61,328 nucleotides of DNA from Bacilli bacterium. Its GTDB lineage: Bacteria > Bacillota_I > Bacilli_A > RFN20 > CAG-826. The stretch spans positions 1 to 61,328 of the forward strand of contig JAGAHY010000187.1 in NCBI GenBank assembly GCA_017626815.1. Reading direction: 5' to 3'. The notes under the pieces are model-generated. The model was not told where the DNA came from. It did not search any database and was given only the letters and a program-made list of their open reading frames with translations. Below, piece by piece: positions 28,672 to 39,410 of this stretch. The position numbers were made by a program, and so were the translations under genes. Every line of letters begins with the position of its first letter. The first letter of the stretch is position 1.

Positions 28672-30564
28672 ATGGCATACAAAGCACTATATAACAAATA
28701 CCGCCCTACCACATTCGAAGAGGTGGCAGGACAACGGTCCATCGTCCGCACGATGCGCAACGCGATTGAAAACAATAAAATCGCGCATGCTTATCTCTTC
28801 TGTGGCCCCCGCGGTACCGGCAAGACCTCCATGGCGAGGCTTTTTGCCAAAGCTTTAAACTGCGAAGAGGGGCTTGGCCACCAATGCAACCATTGCTCCA
28901 ACTGTTTGGCCATGAACTCTGGCTCCCATCCAGACGTCATTGAAATCGACGCCGCCAGTAACAATGGCGTCGAGCAAGTCCGCGACCTCATCGATAAGGT
29001 TCGTTACGCCCCCATCAAAGGCAAATACAAAATCTACATTATCGACGAAGTCCACATGATGTCCGCCGGCGCCTTCAACGCCTTATTAAAGACATTGGAG
29101 GAACCGCCAGAGCACGTCATTTTCATCCTTGCCACGACCGAACCATTTAAAGTGCTTCCCACCATCATTTCCCGCTGCCAACGTTATGACTTTGGCAAAA
29201 TTGACGCCAAAGACATCACCGATAAGCTCGTCTGGATCTTAAAACGTGAAGGCGTGCCCTATGAAGAATCTGCCTTGGACGCGATCGTCGACTTAGCGGA
29301 TGGCGGTATGCGCGATGCCTTGTCCATCCTTGACCAAGCGCTCGCTTATGGTGGAAATCAGCTCCGCGAAAAAGATGTCTTAGATGTCTACGGACTCGCA
29401 TCTTCCGCGCAAAAGTGCCGTCTTTTGGATTTAATCGCCACTGGCGACGTCAGTCCAGTCCTCGCCTTGGCTGAGGAATTCCTAACCTCAGGAATCGATA
29501 TCAAACGCCTCATCCAGGCTCTCTTAGATATCTTGAAGGACTGCTTAGTCTATCTCAAAACAAACCAGCCCAAATTGCTTCAAGCGGCCAGCGTGAAAGA
29601 CATCGATGCCCTCATCGGCAAAATCGATGATGTCCACGCGAACCAGATGATCGACATTCTCATCAAGTGCCAAGCCGATTCCAAAAGCGTCGGCAATCTC
29701 CGTTCCCTGTTTGAACTGACCTTGATCCGCATGACGTCATTATTTGGAGAAGGGGCCGTCGTTGAGCCCTTCGCACCTCAATGTAGCGCGCCAAAGCCAG
29801 CGCCAGCGCCCATGGCCAAGCCGAAGCCAACTCCGGCACCCGCTCCTGCGCCAGCACCAGAACCTGAGCCTGAGCCAGAGCCCATGGTGAAACCCGAACC
29901 CGTTAAACCCGTTATTCAGGAAGCGCCGAAGACAAATCCCAATCAGCAAGAACTCTATACGGGGACCACGCCTCCAGATTGGCTACTTGAGGATGACGCA
30001 CCAAAACCTTCGCCCGCTATTACGCCGAAGCCAGAACCCACGCCACAGCCCAAAAAGCCTGCAGAACCCATCTTTCCGCTCAAGAAAGAGGAGGAAAAGA
30101 AGCCTGAGGCCCCAGCTGCTTCGCCTGTTGGCATCATGAAAACTGAAGGCACTCCATTCCAGTTGGACGAACAGACGGTCGTCAATATTATGGTCCTCGG
30201 TCCAAAATTCAAGTTGGCGAGACAAGCGCTCTTTGAACGTTGGAGCGAGCTCTCCGAAATGCGCTTTGACCCAAAGCTAGGCGGCCTTGCCCAATTGCTC
30301 AGCGAGGGCCGTCCCTTCTGCCTTTGCGAAGAAGCGTTGCTCATCAACTTCAATTTCACCAGGCAGCGTGACCGGGCCAATCTTCAAGAGAACCAAAAGG
30401 CCCTTTCCGACCTCGTCGCAACCTTGTTAGGACGTAATGTCTTCATCTATGGTCTCGACCGCAACGATTCCAACAATTATCAGAAGAAATACTACTCGCT
30501 CAAACAAATCGGGAAACTTCCAAACCCCGATGAAGTCACATTGAATTTGCCAAAGAGGAGGTAA
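28672..30564 (+). CDS. dnaX: DNA polymerase III subunit gamma/tau
   Basis: MAYKALYNKYRPTTFEEV. Walker A GPRGTGKTS, DEVH box, zinc module CNHCSNC, and a PAPAPEPEPEP linker. Confidence 0.95.
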   Translation: MAYKALYNKYRPTTFEEVAGQRSIVRTMRNAIENNKIAHAYLFCGPRGTGKTSMARLFAKALNCEEGLGHQCNHCSNCLAMNSGSHPDVIEIDAASNNGVEQVRDLIDKVRYAPIKGKYKIYIIDEVHMMSAGAFNALLKTLEEPPEHVIFILATTEPFKVLPTIISRCQRYDFGKIDAKDITDKLVWILKREGVPYEESALDAIVDLADGGMRDALSILDQALAYGGNQLREKDVLDVYGLASSAQKCRLLDLIATGDVSPVLALAEEFLTSGIDIKRLIQALLDILKDCLVYLKTNQPKLLQAASVKDIDALIGKIDDVHANQMIDILIKCQADSKSVGNLRSLFELTLIRMTSLFGEGAVVEPFAPQCSAPKPAPAPMAKPKPTPAPAPAPAPEPEPEPEPMVKPEPVKPVIQEAPKTNPNQQELYTGTTPPDWLLEDDAPKPSPAITPKPEPTPQPKKPAEPIFPLKKEEEKKPEAPAASPVGIMKTEGTPFQLDEQTVVNIMVLGPKFKLARQALFERWSELSEMRFDPKLGGLAQLLSEGRPFCLCEEALLINFNFTRQRDRANLQENQKALSDLVATLLGRNVFIYGLDRNDSNNYQKKYYSLKQIGKLPNPDEVTLNLPKRR

Positions 30565-30570
30565 TAAACC

Positions 30571-30870
30571 ATGAACCAAATGCAACAAATGTTGATGAAT
30601 GCCCAAAGGATGCAGAAAGCTCTCCAAAAGGCCCATGACGCTCTCGCCGAAAAGGAATTCGCCGTCTCCAAAAACGGCATTGTCGAACTCGTTATGCTCG
30701 GCAACCGCCAAATCAAGTCGCTCACCATCGATAAGGACGCCTTAGAACCTGACAACGCTGAGATGATTTCCGACGCTCTTCAACTCGCCCTCAACGAAGC
30801 CTTGGAGAAGATCCAAGCCGAGAACGATAAGATTGAAGAAGAGATCACCGGAAAGACCGGATTGTTCTAA
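30571..30870 (+). CDS. ybaB: Nucleoid-associated protein YbaB/EbfC
   Basis: 99 aa, sitting in the conserved position between dnaX and recR. Confidence 0.9.
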   Translation: MNQMQQMLMNAQRMQKALQKAHDALAEKEFAVSKNGIVELVMLGNRQIKSLTIDKDALEPDNAEMISDALQLALNEALEKIQAENDKIEEEITGKTGLF

Positions 30871-31466
30871 TGAAAGAACTCGCGACTTACGCTGCGCTCG
30901 TCGACTCTTTCCGCAAACTTCCTGGCATTGGCACCCGCTCTGCGGAGCGTATGGCCAACAGTGTCCTGGAAATGCGAAAAGAGGATGCTTTAGAATTCGC
31001 CAAAGCCATTGAAAACGCGAAAACCCGCGTCCATAAATGTCCCATATGTGGACTTTATACCGAAGAGGAAACGTGCGAGGTTTGCAAGGATTCTACGAGA
31101 AACCACGATATTTGCCTCGTGGTCGTGAACCCTAAGGACGCGACTAGTTTTGAAGCCGTCAATAACTTCAAAGGCGTCTACCATGTCCTCGGAGGCTTAC
31201 TGGCCCCTGCTAAAGGAATCGGTCCTGAAGCCTTGTCCATCGACGCGCTAAAAACCCGCGTCAAAGACGAGAACATCAAAGAAGTCATCGTCGCCACTTC
31301 CCCTACCTTAGAAGGGGAGACGACCGCTTTGTTTATCGCGAAAATCTTAGAACCATATGATGTCAAGGTCTCGCGCCTTGGCTATGGGCTGCCCGCTGGC
31401 TCCACGTTGGAATACGCGGACCCCTTGACCTTATCAAGAGCCCTAGAAGGGAGAAAGACATTATGA
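30870..31466 (+). CDS. recR: Recombination protein RecR
   Basis: HhH motif [12 protein letters not shown], zinc finger CPICG...CEVC, and a Toprim domain. Confidence 0.95.
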   Translation: MKELATYAALVDSFRKLPGIGTRSAERMANSVLEMRKEDALEFAKAIENAKTRVHKCPICGLYTEEETCEVCKDSTRNHDICLVVVNPKDATSFEAVNNFKGVYHVLGGLLAPAKGIGPEALSIDALKTRVKDENIKEVIVATSPTLEGETTALFIAKILEPYDVKVSRLGYGLPAGSTLEYADPLTLSRALEGRKTL

Positions 31467-32089
31467 GTCTATTCATTACGTTTGAAGGTGGAGAAGGATC
31501 AGGTAAATCCTCCGTCTTAAAATTACTGGATGAGCGCCTTCGTCAGGAAGGTTACCAAACTGTTTTGACGCGCGAACCCGGCGGTACTCCTATCGCCGAG
31601 CAAATCCGCAACGTCATCTTGGATAAAGCCAATACCAAAATGGATGCCAGAACAGAGGCGTTGCTTTATGCCGCCAGCCGTAGGCAGCATTTAGTGGAGA
31701 AAGTTTGGCCGGCCCTAAAGGAAGGGAAACTCGTCCTCTGCGACCGCTATTTAGATTCTTCTTTGGCCTATCAAGGCGGCGCTAGAGGTTTAGGCATCGA
31801 TAACGTGCTCAACGTCAACATGTTCGCCACGGAAGGCACCTTCCCGGATTTGACCTTGCTCTTTGATATTGAGCCTGAGATGGGTTTAGCCCGCATCGCC
31901 GCCAGCGCATCGAGGGAAGTCAACCGCCTCGACCTGGAGAAACTCGATTTCCATCACGGCGTGCGCAAAACGTTTCTCTCCTTAGCCAAGCGCTACCCCG
32001 ACCGTTTCGTCATCATCGACGCTTCGCAGCCCATAGAAAAAGTCCTTGAGGACGCCTACCAAACCGTGAAAAAGAGATTGGAGAAATGA
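31463..32089 (+). CDS. tmk: Thymidylate kinase
   Basis: P-loop [10 protein letters not shown] and a DRY motif (CDRYLDSS). Confidence 0.93.
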   Translation: MSLFITFEGGEGSGKSSVLKLLDERLRQEGYQTVLTREPGGTPIAEQIRNVILDKANTKMDARTEALLYAASRRQHLVEKVWPALKEGKLVLCDRYLDSSLAYQGGARGLGIDNVLNVNMFATEGTFPDLTLLFDIEPEMGLARIAASASREVNRLDLEKLDFHHGVRKTFLSLAKRYPDRFVIIDASQPIEKVLEDAYQTVKKRLEK

Positions 32090-33063
32090 GCTTAGGGAAT
32101 TATCTAAAAAATAGACAACCCCTGGTAACAAAGTCTTTTTGCTATGGCTTAACCCATGATCAGCTCGCCCACGCTTATTTGCTTACCGGCGAATCAGGGA
32201 CGCCATTAAAAGAGACGGCTCTTTTCCTCGCTAAGTCGATTATCTGCGACCATCCAAACCCCCTCGCCGATGAAGAATGCATCACCTGCCAACGCATCGA
32301 CCGCGAGGAATATCCAGATTTCATCTTTCTCAACGGCGAAGAAGAATCCATCAAAAAAGAAGAAGTCCGCGACACATTGACGCTGTTCCAGAAAACTCCT
32401 TTGGAACGTAAAGGCGTCATGATTTATGTCATCCACCTCGTTGAGAATATGACCCTTGAGGCGGTGAATTCTTTGCTTAAGTTCTTGGAAGAACCCACCC
32501 CTTGGACCTACGCCATTTTAACGACGCAGAACGAAGACAAAGTCTTACCGACGATCGTTTCCCGCTGCGAACGGCTCCGTCTCATCTTGACTCCGCGCAA
32601 CGAAGTCTATGAGGAAGCCCTGGCTTTGGGCGTCGCCAAAGAGGACTGCGAACTGCTTTCCTATTTCTATAATGACGGTTCATTATTGAAAGAAGCCGCC
32701 GAAAAAGAAGACTATCAAAAACTGAAGTTAGCCCTCACCGATTCGCTCGACGCTTTGTCAACAAGTCCGCAATTCGCGCGTTTTATTTTCGAAAATCAGG
32801 TAACTCCCCTACTTTCGAGCAAAGCCAGCGCGCGTTTCTTCTTCGATTTATTGACTCAATTCTTCCGCGATATCGTCGCGAAAAAAGCCGGCAATCCCAT
32901 CACCTTGACCAGCTATGCTACAATTATTGACGCGGCGGCAAAGAAACTGCCTCACGTCGAAACCTCGTTACTCTCCATTATGACGCTTCGTGGAGAGATC
33001 GAACTCAATATCCGGGTAGGTCTGATCCTCGCCCATTTAGTAAACGTCCTCACCAAGGAGTAA
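32086..33063 (+). CDS. holB: DNA polymerase III delta' subunit
   Basis: 325 aa with a degenerate AAA+ fold, in the conserved position after tmk. SRC motif (IVSRCERL). Confidence 0.85.
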   Translation: MSLGNYLKNRQPLVTKSFCYGLTHDQLAHAYLLTGESGTPLKETALFLAKSIICDHPNPLADEECITCQRIDREEYPDFIFLNGEEESIKKEEVRDTLTLFQKTPLERKGVMIYVIHLVENMTLEAVNSLLKFLEEPTPWTYAILTTQNEDKVLPTIVSRCERLRLILTPRNEVYEEALALGVAKEDCELLSYFYNDGSLLKEAAEKEDYQKLKLALTDSLDALSTSPQFARFIFENQVTPLLSSKASARFFFDLLTQFFRDIVAKKAGNPITLTSYATIIDAAAKKLPHVETSLLSIMTLRGEIELNIRVGLILAHLVNVLTKE

Positions 33064-33067
33064 GTCC

Positions 33068-34432
33068 ATGGAATCCGAAAAGAACGCTTTTTATTTAGCC
33101 ATTAAATTCCTCGGCTCCGAGAAGAGTTATTACTTCTCTTGTCCCGATGAGAATTTTGCCATCGGCGATTTGGTTATCGTCATGACTGCTGCCGGGGTGG
33201 AAGCGGGCCTTGTCACAATGGCTCCGTTATCCATGAGCAAATATAATTCCAACCTTGAGCTTAAATCCATTCTCCGTAAAGGCGATGAACGCGACCAGCG
33301 TGAATTCAAACGCAACCTCGAAGATGCCAAAAAAGCCTTGGCCATCACCCGTAAAGAGATTGCAAACCTCAACCTTTCCATGGATCTTATCGATGCTTTC
33401 TACACCATCGACGGCTCCCGTATCACGATTACTTACACTTCCCCCGAAAAGCGCGTGGACTTCCGCGAATTGCTCAAGGTATTGGCCCCTCAGTTAGGCT
33501 GCCGTATTGAATTACGTCAAATCGCTTCCAGGGATAAAGCCAAAATGATTGGTGGTCTTGGCATTTGTGGCCTCCCCTTATGCTGCTCAACCTTCCTCAA
33601 TCAATTTGAAGGGATTTCCATTCAGCGCGCCAAAAACCAGATGCTCACCTTGAACATCCCCAAGCTTTCTGGCCCCTGTGGCAAGTTGATTTGCTGTCTA
33701 ACATATGAAGATGACGCCTATACCCAAGCCAAGAAGGAATTTCCCAATCTTGGCACGACCGTCAAATTGGATGAAGGCCCCTACACCGTCGACTCGTTTA
33801 ATATCATTTCGCGTAACGTCCGTCTCACCAACGCCACCCACAGTGACTACAAGACCTTCACCTTAGAAGAGTTCCGCCAGTTGCAAAACGGCACCTATCA
33901 GCGTAAGGTCGAGATCACCAAAATCGAGGAATCCCCATTACCCTCCTTTGGCCTTGAAAAAGCGCAGGACCGCCAGCACGAAAATCCCCGCAAAAACGAC
34001 AACAAAAATCAGAAAAAAGACAAAAACGGTGCAAATCCCAATCGAAATGGGAACGCCCAAAACAACAACCAAAAGCAATCTAACGGGCAACAACGTCCAC
34101 AGCAAGGTGGTCATAACAATCCAAACCAGCAGCGTGGCAATAGCCAACCCCGCAATCAGCAAAACCAGCAGCGTCCCCAAAATAATCCCCAACAACAAAA
34201 AGAACAAAACCGTGGGAACGAGCCTAGGCCCCAAAAGCAGCATCATAACCCGAACCAGCAACGTCCGCAGAATAGCCCCAATCAGCAACGTCCTCAGAAC
34301 AACCCAAACCCAAACCAGGGTCAGGCAAATAATCCGGAAGCCAGCAAGAACAACAACCATCGCCGTTACCACCATCACCACGGCCATAACGGCAACCGCA
34401 ATAACAACAAAGGCGGGGAAGGCAACGCGTAA
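33068..34432 (+). CDS. ricT: PSP1-domain protein RicT/YaaT with a long Q/N/P-rich C-terminal extension
   Basis: The first ~280 aa form a PSP1 domain with a Cys cluster (GICGLPLCC...CGKLICC). Residues ~290-454 are low-complexity NQQRPQN repeats ending in HHHHGHNGN. Confidence 0.85.
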   Translation: MESEKNAFYLAIKFLGSEKSYYFSCPDENFAIGDLVIVMTAAGVEAGLVTMAPLSMSKYNSNLELKSILRKGDERDQREFKRNLEDAKKALAITRKEIANLNLSMDLIDAFYTIDGSRITITYTSPEKRVDFRELLKVLAPQLGCRIELRQIASRDKAKMIGGLGICGLPLCCSTFLNQFEGISIQRAKNQMLTLNIPKLSGPCGKLICCLTYEDDAYTQAKKEFPNLGTTVKLDEGPYTVDSFNIISRNVRLTNATHSDYKTFTLEEFRQLQNGTYQRKVEITKIEESPLPSFGLEKAQDRQHENPRKNDNKNQKKDKNGANPNRNGNAQNNNQKQSNGQQRPQQGGHNNPNQQRGNSQPRNQQNQQRPQNNPQQQKEQNRGNEPRPQKQHHNPNQQRPQNSPNQQRPQNNPNPNQGQANNPEASKNNNHRRYHHHHGHNGNRNNNKGGEGNA

Positions 34433-35298
34433 TGTTTCCTCGGGAACTCAACTTTGAAGGCGACTCGCCAATCCTCTATCTCATCGCTACCCCGATTGGC
34501 AACCGCGGGGAAATGACCCCCCGTGCTTTAGAAGTTCTTAAAGGCTGCGATTACATCGCCGCTGAAGATACCCGCAATTCTGGTCAACTCATGGCGTCTT
34601 TTGGCGTGGATAAGCCTTTTATCAGCTGCCATGAGCATAACGAAGAAGAAGCCAGCGCCAAAATCATCGCCTTGTTAAAACAAGGGAAGAAAATCTGCTT
34701 CATGTCGGATGCCGGTTACCCCTGCCTCTCCGATCCTGGTCAGCGCCTCGTCGCACGCTGCCTCGAAAACGGCATTAAAATCACCGTTACCTCAGGACCA
34801 AGCGCCGCCATCAATGCGCTAACCTGCTCGGGATTAGACTCCATGCACTTCCACTTTGAAGGTTTCTTGCCCGCGAAAGATTCTGAGCGCGTCGCGCGCC
34901 TTAACGAACTTATCACTAATCCCGACACCCTGATCTTCTACGAATCCCCGCACCGCATCTTCAAGACACTGCTCTCCATGGCCGCCACATTAGGCGACCG
35001 TAAGGCCGTCATCGCCAGGGAACTAACAAAATCCCACGAGGAATTCATCCGTGGAACATTGGCGGAATTATGCCTCTTAGACGAAGCGACATTACGTGGC
35101 GAGATGGTCATCGTCGTCGCCGGCGCGGAGAAAAAGAAAGAATCTCTGACCGATAATGAAATCGCCCTCGCCTTAAAAGATCAACTCGAATGGGGCAGGA
35201 CGCCGAAAGAAGCCATCAAAAACGTCTGCAACGACAACAAGTTACCCAAAAACAGGGTATACGATATCTATTTGAAAACGTATAAAAGCGAAGAATGA
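34432..35298 (+). CDS. rsmI: 16S rRNA (cytidine1402-2'-O)-methyltransferase
   Basis: TAATG overlap with ricT. Tetrapyrrole-methylase fold, with LYLIATPIGN and AEDTR motifs. Confidence 0.9.
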   Translation: MFPRELNFEGDSPILYLIATPIGNRGEMTPRALEVLKGCDYIAAEDTRNSGQLMASFGVDKPFISCHEHNEEEASAKIIALLKQGKKICFMSDAGYPCLSDPGQRLVARCLENGIKITVTSGPSAAINALTCSGLDSMHFHFEGFLPAKDSERVARLNELITNPDTLIFYESPHRIFKTLLSMAATLGDRKAVIARELTKSHEEFIRGTLAELCLLDEATLRGEMVIVVAGAEKKKESLTDNEIALALKDQLEWGRTPKEAIKNVCNDNKLPKNRVYDIYLKTYKSEE

Positions 35299-35300
35299 CG

Positions 35301-35347
35301 AAGAGCCCAAGGCTTAGTTGACAAAGTCGGTGGGCTCTTTCTTTTTC
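35301..35347 (+). terminator. Intrinsic terminator after rsmI (overlaps the 3' end of the convergent yfhO-like gene)
   Basis: Stem AAGAGCCCA (35301-35309) / TGGGCTCTT (35331-35339) followed by a T-rich run. Confidence 0.65.
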
Positions 35348-38300
35348 TTCCGCACATCGGCAAAGAAGCTGATGCCGAGGTAGGTGGAATAAATGATGAT
35401 GCCTAAGGTCCATAAGGCGACGCCAGCAAGACCGAAGGGAGTCGCGTAACGAAGTTCGTAGCTGACGGTTAAAGGGTTGCCGTTTTCATCGAGAACCGAG
35501 GGCGCGACAAAGCCGACGAGACCGCCGTCTAAACGAATCATTTGGCAGGAAACTTTCTTACCATCGGGCAGCTTCGCGGTCGCTTGCCAGCCCTTATCAT
35601 AGCCAAGCTGAGTCAAGACGATGCGATCCTTATCATAGGCGGTTTGGAAGGTGAACAAATTGGTGTCCATTTTCACATTTTGAAGTGAATTTTCCTGCAT
35701 TTCCGCCTCAAATTGATCGATTTTTGATTTTTCATAGACCGAGCAATAGAAGTTTTGGGGGGAGACATTGAAACTGCCGTTGCCGCCATGGCACATGACG
35801 ATGCGCTTGGCTCTGCCGCGGACATATAGCCCAAAAGTGCAAGAACGGAAATGGTAGTAACCGCCATCTTTCGCATTCTTCAAAACGTTATAATCAAACG
35901 CTAAGCAGGCGTTTTCTTCAGTGACGTTTCCGTTTTCGTCGACCTTATCGCCGAGGACATAGATACGAGGCACGCCAACGCCATTGTCGGTGTTGTTGTA
36001 ATAGCGGAACTCGATATAGCAGCCTTCGCGGTCCTGGTTGAAATATTCACCGTTAGAGGGGATGAAGGTCAGTTTGCCAAGGTCTTGCTTCATACTGAAG
36101 CTTGATGCGGTGATTTCTTTCTTGGAATCATAATGGTCTAAGAAATAACCGACGCCGTCTTTGCGGTAAGATGCAGCGCCCTTGGCGAATAAGCCGTCGC
36201 CACTGGCAGTCTCGTAATATTCGCCTTTTAAGCCATAGCCAAGGCGCATGCGGCGTTGCCCAATCAAGGATTCAAGGTCCGCGTCAGACTTCACCACAGG
36301 GGCTTCAGCCGTGACGACAAAGGATTCTGGCAAGGTGACATCGTCATCGATGATCGCGCCATGAAGTTGAACGTGTTCGAGCCATTGCTGCCGCAAGTAA
36401 GCATAGTCGGTGATGAAACTGGAACCGTTGTTGTAGGAATACCACTGGTTGGCGAAATGAGAGTCCTCAACCCGGCCCATGCGGTACAGCATATCGGAAT
36501 CCACCGCATAGCCAAGAAGCGGCATGGAATCATCATTGCGGCGATAGACGCGGACGTTATCGCGGTTTGGAGAATAATTGTCCATCTCAGTGACATTAAA
36601 GGGGACATTAGGCTGTAAGAAGGTGCCGTCTTTTAGCCACGAGCAATAGTTGCTGACGATATAATAACGAGTGCCGAGCAACGTATCCACGGAATAACGC
36701 TTATTGCCATAATAGCCGGACCAATTGGGGTTGTAATATTCTTCATCCCCATACGTTTTCGCCGCAGAACCAGGCATTTTCATCTGATTATTGATAGCGA
36801 AGTCTTCCACGTCGAAGTTCATTAAGGAATGGAAGGAGGCGGTGGCATTTAAACCGACGACGTTATGCGCGTAGTTAGAACCAAGGAAGGTGTCACTATT
36901 GGTGCGGAAGAAAGATTTATCGTTTTCTTTGATCTTGTTGGCGATATGTAAGGAGGTGCTTACGTTGCTTTCGCCGCCAGCGTAGGAATTACGTAAAGAC
37001 CACGTGCCGTTGAACGCATAGGATAAGTTACCCATAACGATTACTTCCGCCGCGACAAGTCCGAATAAGGCGTATTTAAGCCAGTTGTGACGGTGGCCAA
37101 CGCAATATAACACACCTTCGACAGCGACAAAGGCGAGCTGGTAATACAAATACCACTGAGCCAGGACACCAGCATGTTCTTCGGAGCCCACATAATACGT
37201 ATTGGACCAGTAGGTCGTGTTATGGATGTTGTAGACGGCGCTAGAGAAGATCTTGTCTTTGAGTAGATGCTCCGTTAAGGCATAGACCAAGAGGGTGCTA
37301 GCCAAGGCAAGAACGGTAGAGGCCAGGGGAATGAACTTCGGCTCTTCTTTGCGTTGGTCAAAGCCCCAACAGCAATAATAAGTGATGATGGGGATCAAAA
37401 TCAGGTACCAGCGTCCATATCCATTTCCGGTGAAGGCGTAGAAGGCGAAATAACTGAAATTGGTGAATAAAGCGTAAATAACGATAAAAACAGCTAAGAA
37501 ATGCGACCATTTTTTCATTCGGACGGAATTGATCAAGGCCGTGAAGAACAAGATGACGCATGGCGTATAGCAGAAGATTGAGGCCGTCCAAGCGTCGTAA
37601 TTCGCGCTGCGGGCGATCGGTAGCTGTGTCCAGCCGCCGGTGGGGAAGAAGAAGGAAATTAAACCCATCAATTCGCGGCCAGGGTTATCGCCGACTTCCT
37701 CAAACGCATAGGTGAAGAACATGCGGAAATCAAAGGCCTTAAAAGCATTCTTAAGACTATGCCAATAGGCGGTGCCGATGGAGGCGCTTCTTCCCGAGAG
37801 CATCGTCTCGCGGATGGAGGGCAATAACGAGAAGGCTGAAAGCATCAAGCCGACGGCGAAACCCATGACACCCAAGCCGATGACGATGAAGTTCGTTTTC
37901 ACATCGCGGGTTTTGATGGTCGTGAAATAACGCCAGCCCGCATAGATGACGCCGAAGATGCAAAGCACCGGCACATAGAAGAAGCAGGAAATGCCAAGTC
38001 CGAACACGCCCAAGATGAGCAAGGTCGGCTTTTGTTCTTTGATGACTTTCTCTAAGCCCCAAAGAATCAATGGGAAGAACGCCATCGCGGTCGTGAAATT
38101 CGGAGACCCTTCAAAGAACGTCGTATAACCAGAGAAGGCATAAATGACGCCACCGATACGGGCCGTCCATTCTTTGATGCCCATGTTTTTCAAGTAGCAG
38201 CGCATCATCAATCCGCCAAACATGATTTTGACGAACGTCATCTGCGCATACATCTGCGGGATCCAGGCCCTTGGGAAGAGATAACAAATGAACATGAAGG

Positions 38301-38655
38301 GATCGAACAGGCCATAGTAAGAGCCAGACCCGATCATGTCCGTCCCCATGTAGACCCCAGGGTCATACAGAGGGAATCTACCCGTGGTAAAGAACAGATG
38401 CCAGGCATCCCAATAGTCGTAGGTGAAGGAGATGTATTGCCAGGTATAGTCCCAGTTTAGTAGCTGCGTCCAGGAGTTATCAAACAACGGATACGCGGCC
38501 CAAAGCGCGCCGAGCAAAAACAGGAACAATCCGTAATAAAATGTGCTTCTCCAAGAGAATAAAAACGAAAAATGCTCGCGAAACCACGATTTTTTGATCG
38601 ATTTTTTCGCGCGGATTTCTCTTAATGATGGCGTTGCGTTGCCTTCTTCGGCCAT
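35314..38655 (-). CDS. YfhO-family polytopic membrane protein (putative glycosyltransferase acting on extracytoplasmic glycopolymers), 1113 aa
   Basis: About 13 N-terminal TM helices, a large extracytoplasmic domain and one C-terminal TM helix. The architecture matches YfhO but is longer than usual. Confidence 0.65.
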   Translation of the reverse strand: MAEEGNATPSLREIRAKKSIKKSWFREHFSFLFSWRSTFYYGLFLFLLGALWAAYPLFDNSWTQLLNWDYTWQYISFTYDYWDAWHLFFTTGRFPLYDPGVYMGTDMIGSGSYYGLFDPFMFICYLFPRAWIPQMYAQMTFVKIMFGGLMMRCYLKNMGIKEWTARIGGVIYAFSGYTTFFEGSPNFTTAMAFFPLILWGLEKVIKEQKPTLLILGVFGLGISCFFYVPVLCIFGVIYAGWRYFTTIKTRDVKTNFIVIGLGVMGFAVGLMLSAFSLLPSIRETMLSGRSASIGTAYWHSLKNAFKAFDFRMFFTYAFEEVGDNPGRELMGLISFFFPTGGWTQLPIARSANYDAWTASIFCYTPCVILFFTALINSVRMKKWSHFLAVFIVIYALFTNFSYFAFYAFTGNGYGRWYLILIPIITYYCCWGFDQRKEEPKFIPLASTVLALASTLLVYALTEHLLKDKIFSSAVYNIHNTTYWSNTYYVGSEEHAGVLAQWYLYYQLAFVAVEGVLYCVGHRHNWLKYALFGLVAAEVIVMGNLSYAFNGTWSLRNSYAGGESNVSTSLHIANKIKENDKSFFRTNSDTFLGSNYAHNVVGLNATASFHSLMNFDVEDFAINNQMKMPGSAAKTYGDEEYYNPNWSGYYGNKRYSVDTLLGTRYYIVSNYCSWLKDGTFLQPNVPFNVTEMDNYSPNRDNVRVYRRNDDSMPLLGYAVDSDMLYRMGRVEDSHFANQWYSYNNGSSFITDYAYLRQQWLEHVQLHGAIIDDDVTLPESFVVTAEAPVVKSDADLESLIGQRRMRLGYGLKGEYYETASGDGLFAKGAASYRKDGVGYFLDHYDSKKEITASSFSMKQDLGKLTFIPSNGEYFNQDREGCYIEFRYYNNTDNGVGVPRIYVLGDKVDENGNVTEENACLAFDYNVLKNAKDGGYYHFRSCTFGLYVRGRAKRIVMCHGGNGSFNVSPQNFYCSVYEKSKIDQFEAEMQENSLQNVKMDTNLFTFQTAYDKDRIVLTQLGYDKGWQATAKLPDGKKVSCQMIRLDGGLVGFVAPSVLDENGNPLTVSYELRYATPFGLAGVALWTLGIIIYSTYLGISFFADVRKKKKEPTDFVN

Positions 38656-38658
38656 AGG

Positions 38659-39000
38659 TTATTTTCCCTCTTCCGCGTTATTTTCTTTTTCGTTGCCGAC
38701 GATACCGACCGTGTCGCTGACGGGCACCGAGAAGGCAATACCCATGCCTTTCGTCGACATGCCAGCTTCCGCGTTGACCAACGTCAAAACATTATCGCGG
38801 ATGTCTTGCGGCACCAAAATCAAGACGACGTCTTTCTCCGGCGTGACGGTGACGCCGAAGAATTCCTCAACTTCTTTGTTGCCTGTGCCACGGGCGCTTA
38901 AGACAGTGCCTCCGCGGGCGCCAGCTTTCTTCGCCGCCGTCATCACCAAATCGGTAAAGCCGTGGTTCACGATACAAATCACACATTCGAAATTGCTCAT
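38659..39000 (-). CDS. P-II-like signal-transduction protein (113 aa)
   Basis: The beta-alpha-beta pattern and T-loop-like ARGTGNKEVEEFFG resemble P-II family proteins. ATGA overlap with the upstream gene. Confidence 0.6.
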   Translation of the reverse strand: MSNFECVICIVNHGFTDLVMTAAKKAGARGGTVLSARGTGNKEVEEFFGVTVTPEKDVVLILVPQDIRDNVLTLVNAEAGMSTKGMGIAFSVPVSDTVGIVGNEKENNAEEGK

Positions 39001-39410
39001 TTTTTCTTCATTCCCTTCTTCCGCTCTACCGCTTTCATCGGTTTTTCGAACTGCCGCGTATTCGACAGCATTTTATAGATGGAGACGCCCGCCACCGAAT
39101 CAAGCGGAGTCGCATAGGCGATGCCTTTAGCGGCTTTAGATACGGCGAAGCGATTCTCCAATTGGGCTTTATAAGAGCCCCATTTATCCGCCCTGAGGAT
39201 GGAGAAGATCACGTCTTTCTTGCTTGTCCCGTTAAGGAGAGCAATATCCTTAGGCGCGGTTCCTTTACCGCGCATTTGCAGGCAAATCGCGGCTTCGTTA
39301 TCGTTGTTGATCTGGATAATCGCATCCCCTTGTTCGGCATCGACAATCGTGGTGACAAAGAGCAATTGTCTCAAACGATGGGTTTTTTCATAAGGCACAT
39401 AGTCGCTCAT
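38997..39410 (-). CDS. Divergent P-II-like protein with a basic tail (137 aa)
   Basis: ORF track gives 38997..39437. I moved the start to the ATG at 39410 (MSDYVPYEK), which forms an ATGA overlap with the membrane-protein stop. The loop MRGKGTAPKD parallels the partner protein. Confidence 0.5.
   Translation of the reverse strand: MSDYVPYEKTHRLRQLLFVTTIVDAEQGDAIIQINNDNEAAICLQMRGKGTAPKDIALLNGTSKKDVIFSILRADKWGSYKAQLENRFAVSKAAKGIAYATPLDSVAGVSIYKMLSNTRQFEKPMKAVERKKGMKKK

Noticed and set aside
30051-30057. CAAAAAG in dnaX as a possible gamma/tau -1 frameshift site
   Set aside because: It has only five A's rather than the A AAA AAG heptamer. It has no downstream hairpin, and it lies far beyond domain III.
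29663-30380. Minus-strand ORFs within the dnaX proline-rich linker region
   Set aside because: They are low-complexity antisense frames inside a confidently called gene.
33938-34457. 149-aa minus-strand and 169-aa plus-strand ORFs over the ricT tail
   Set aside because: They are alternative frames of the repetitive CAG/CAA/CCN tract. The ricT frame is continuous with the PSP1 domain and ends in a TAATG junction with rsmI.
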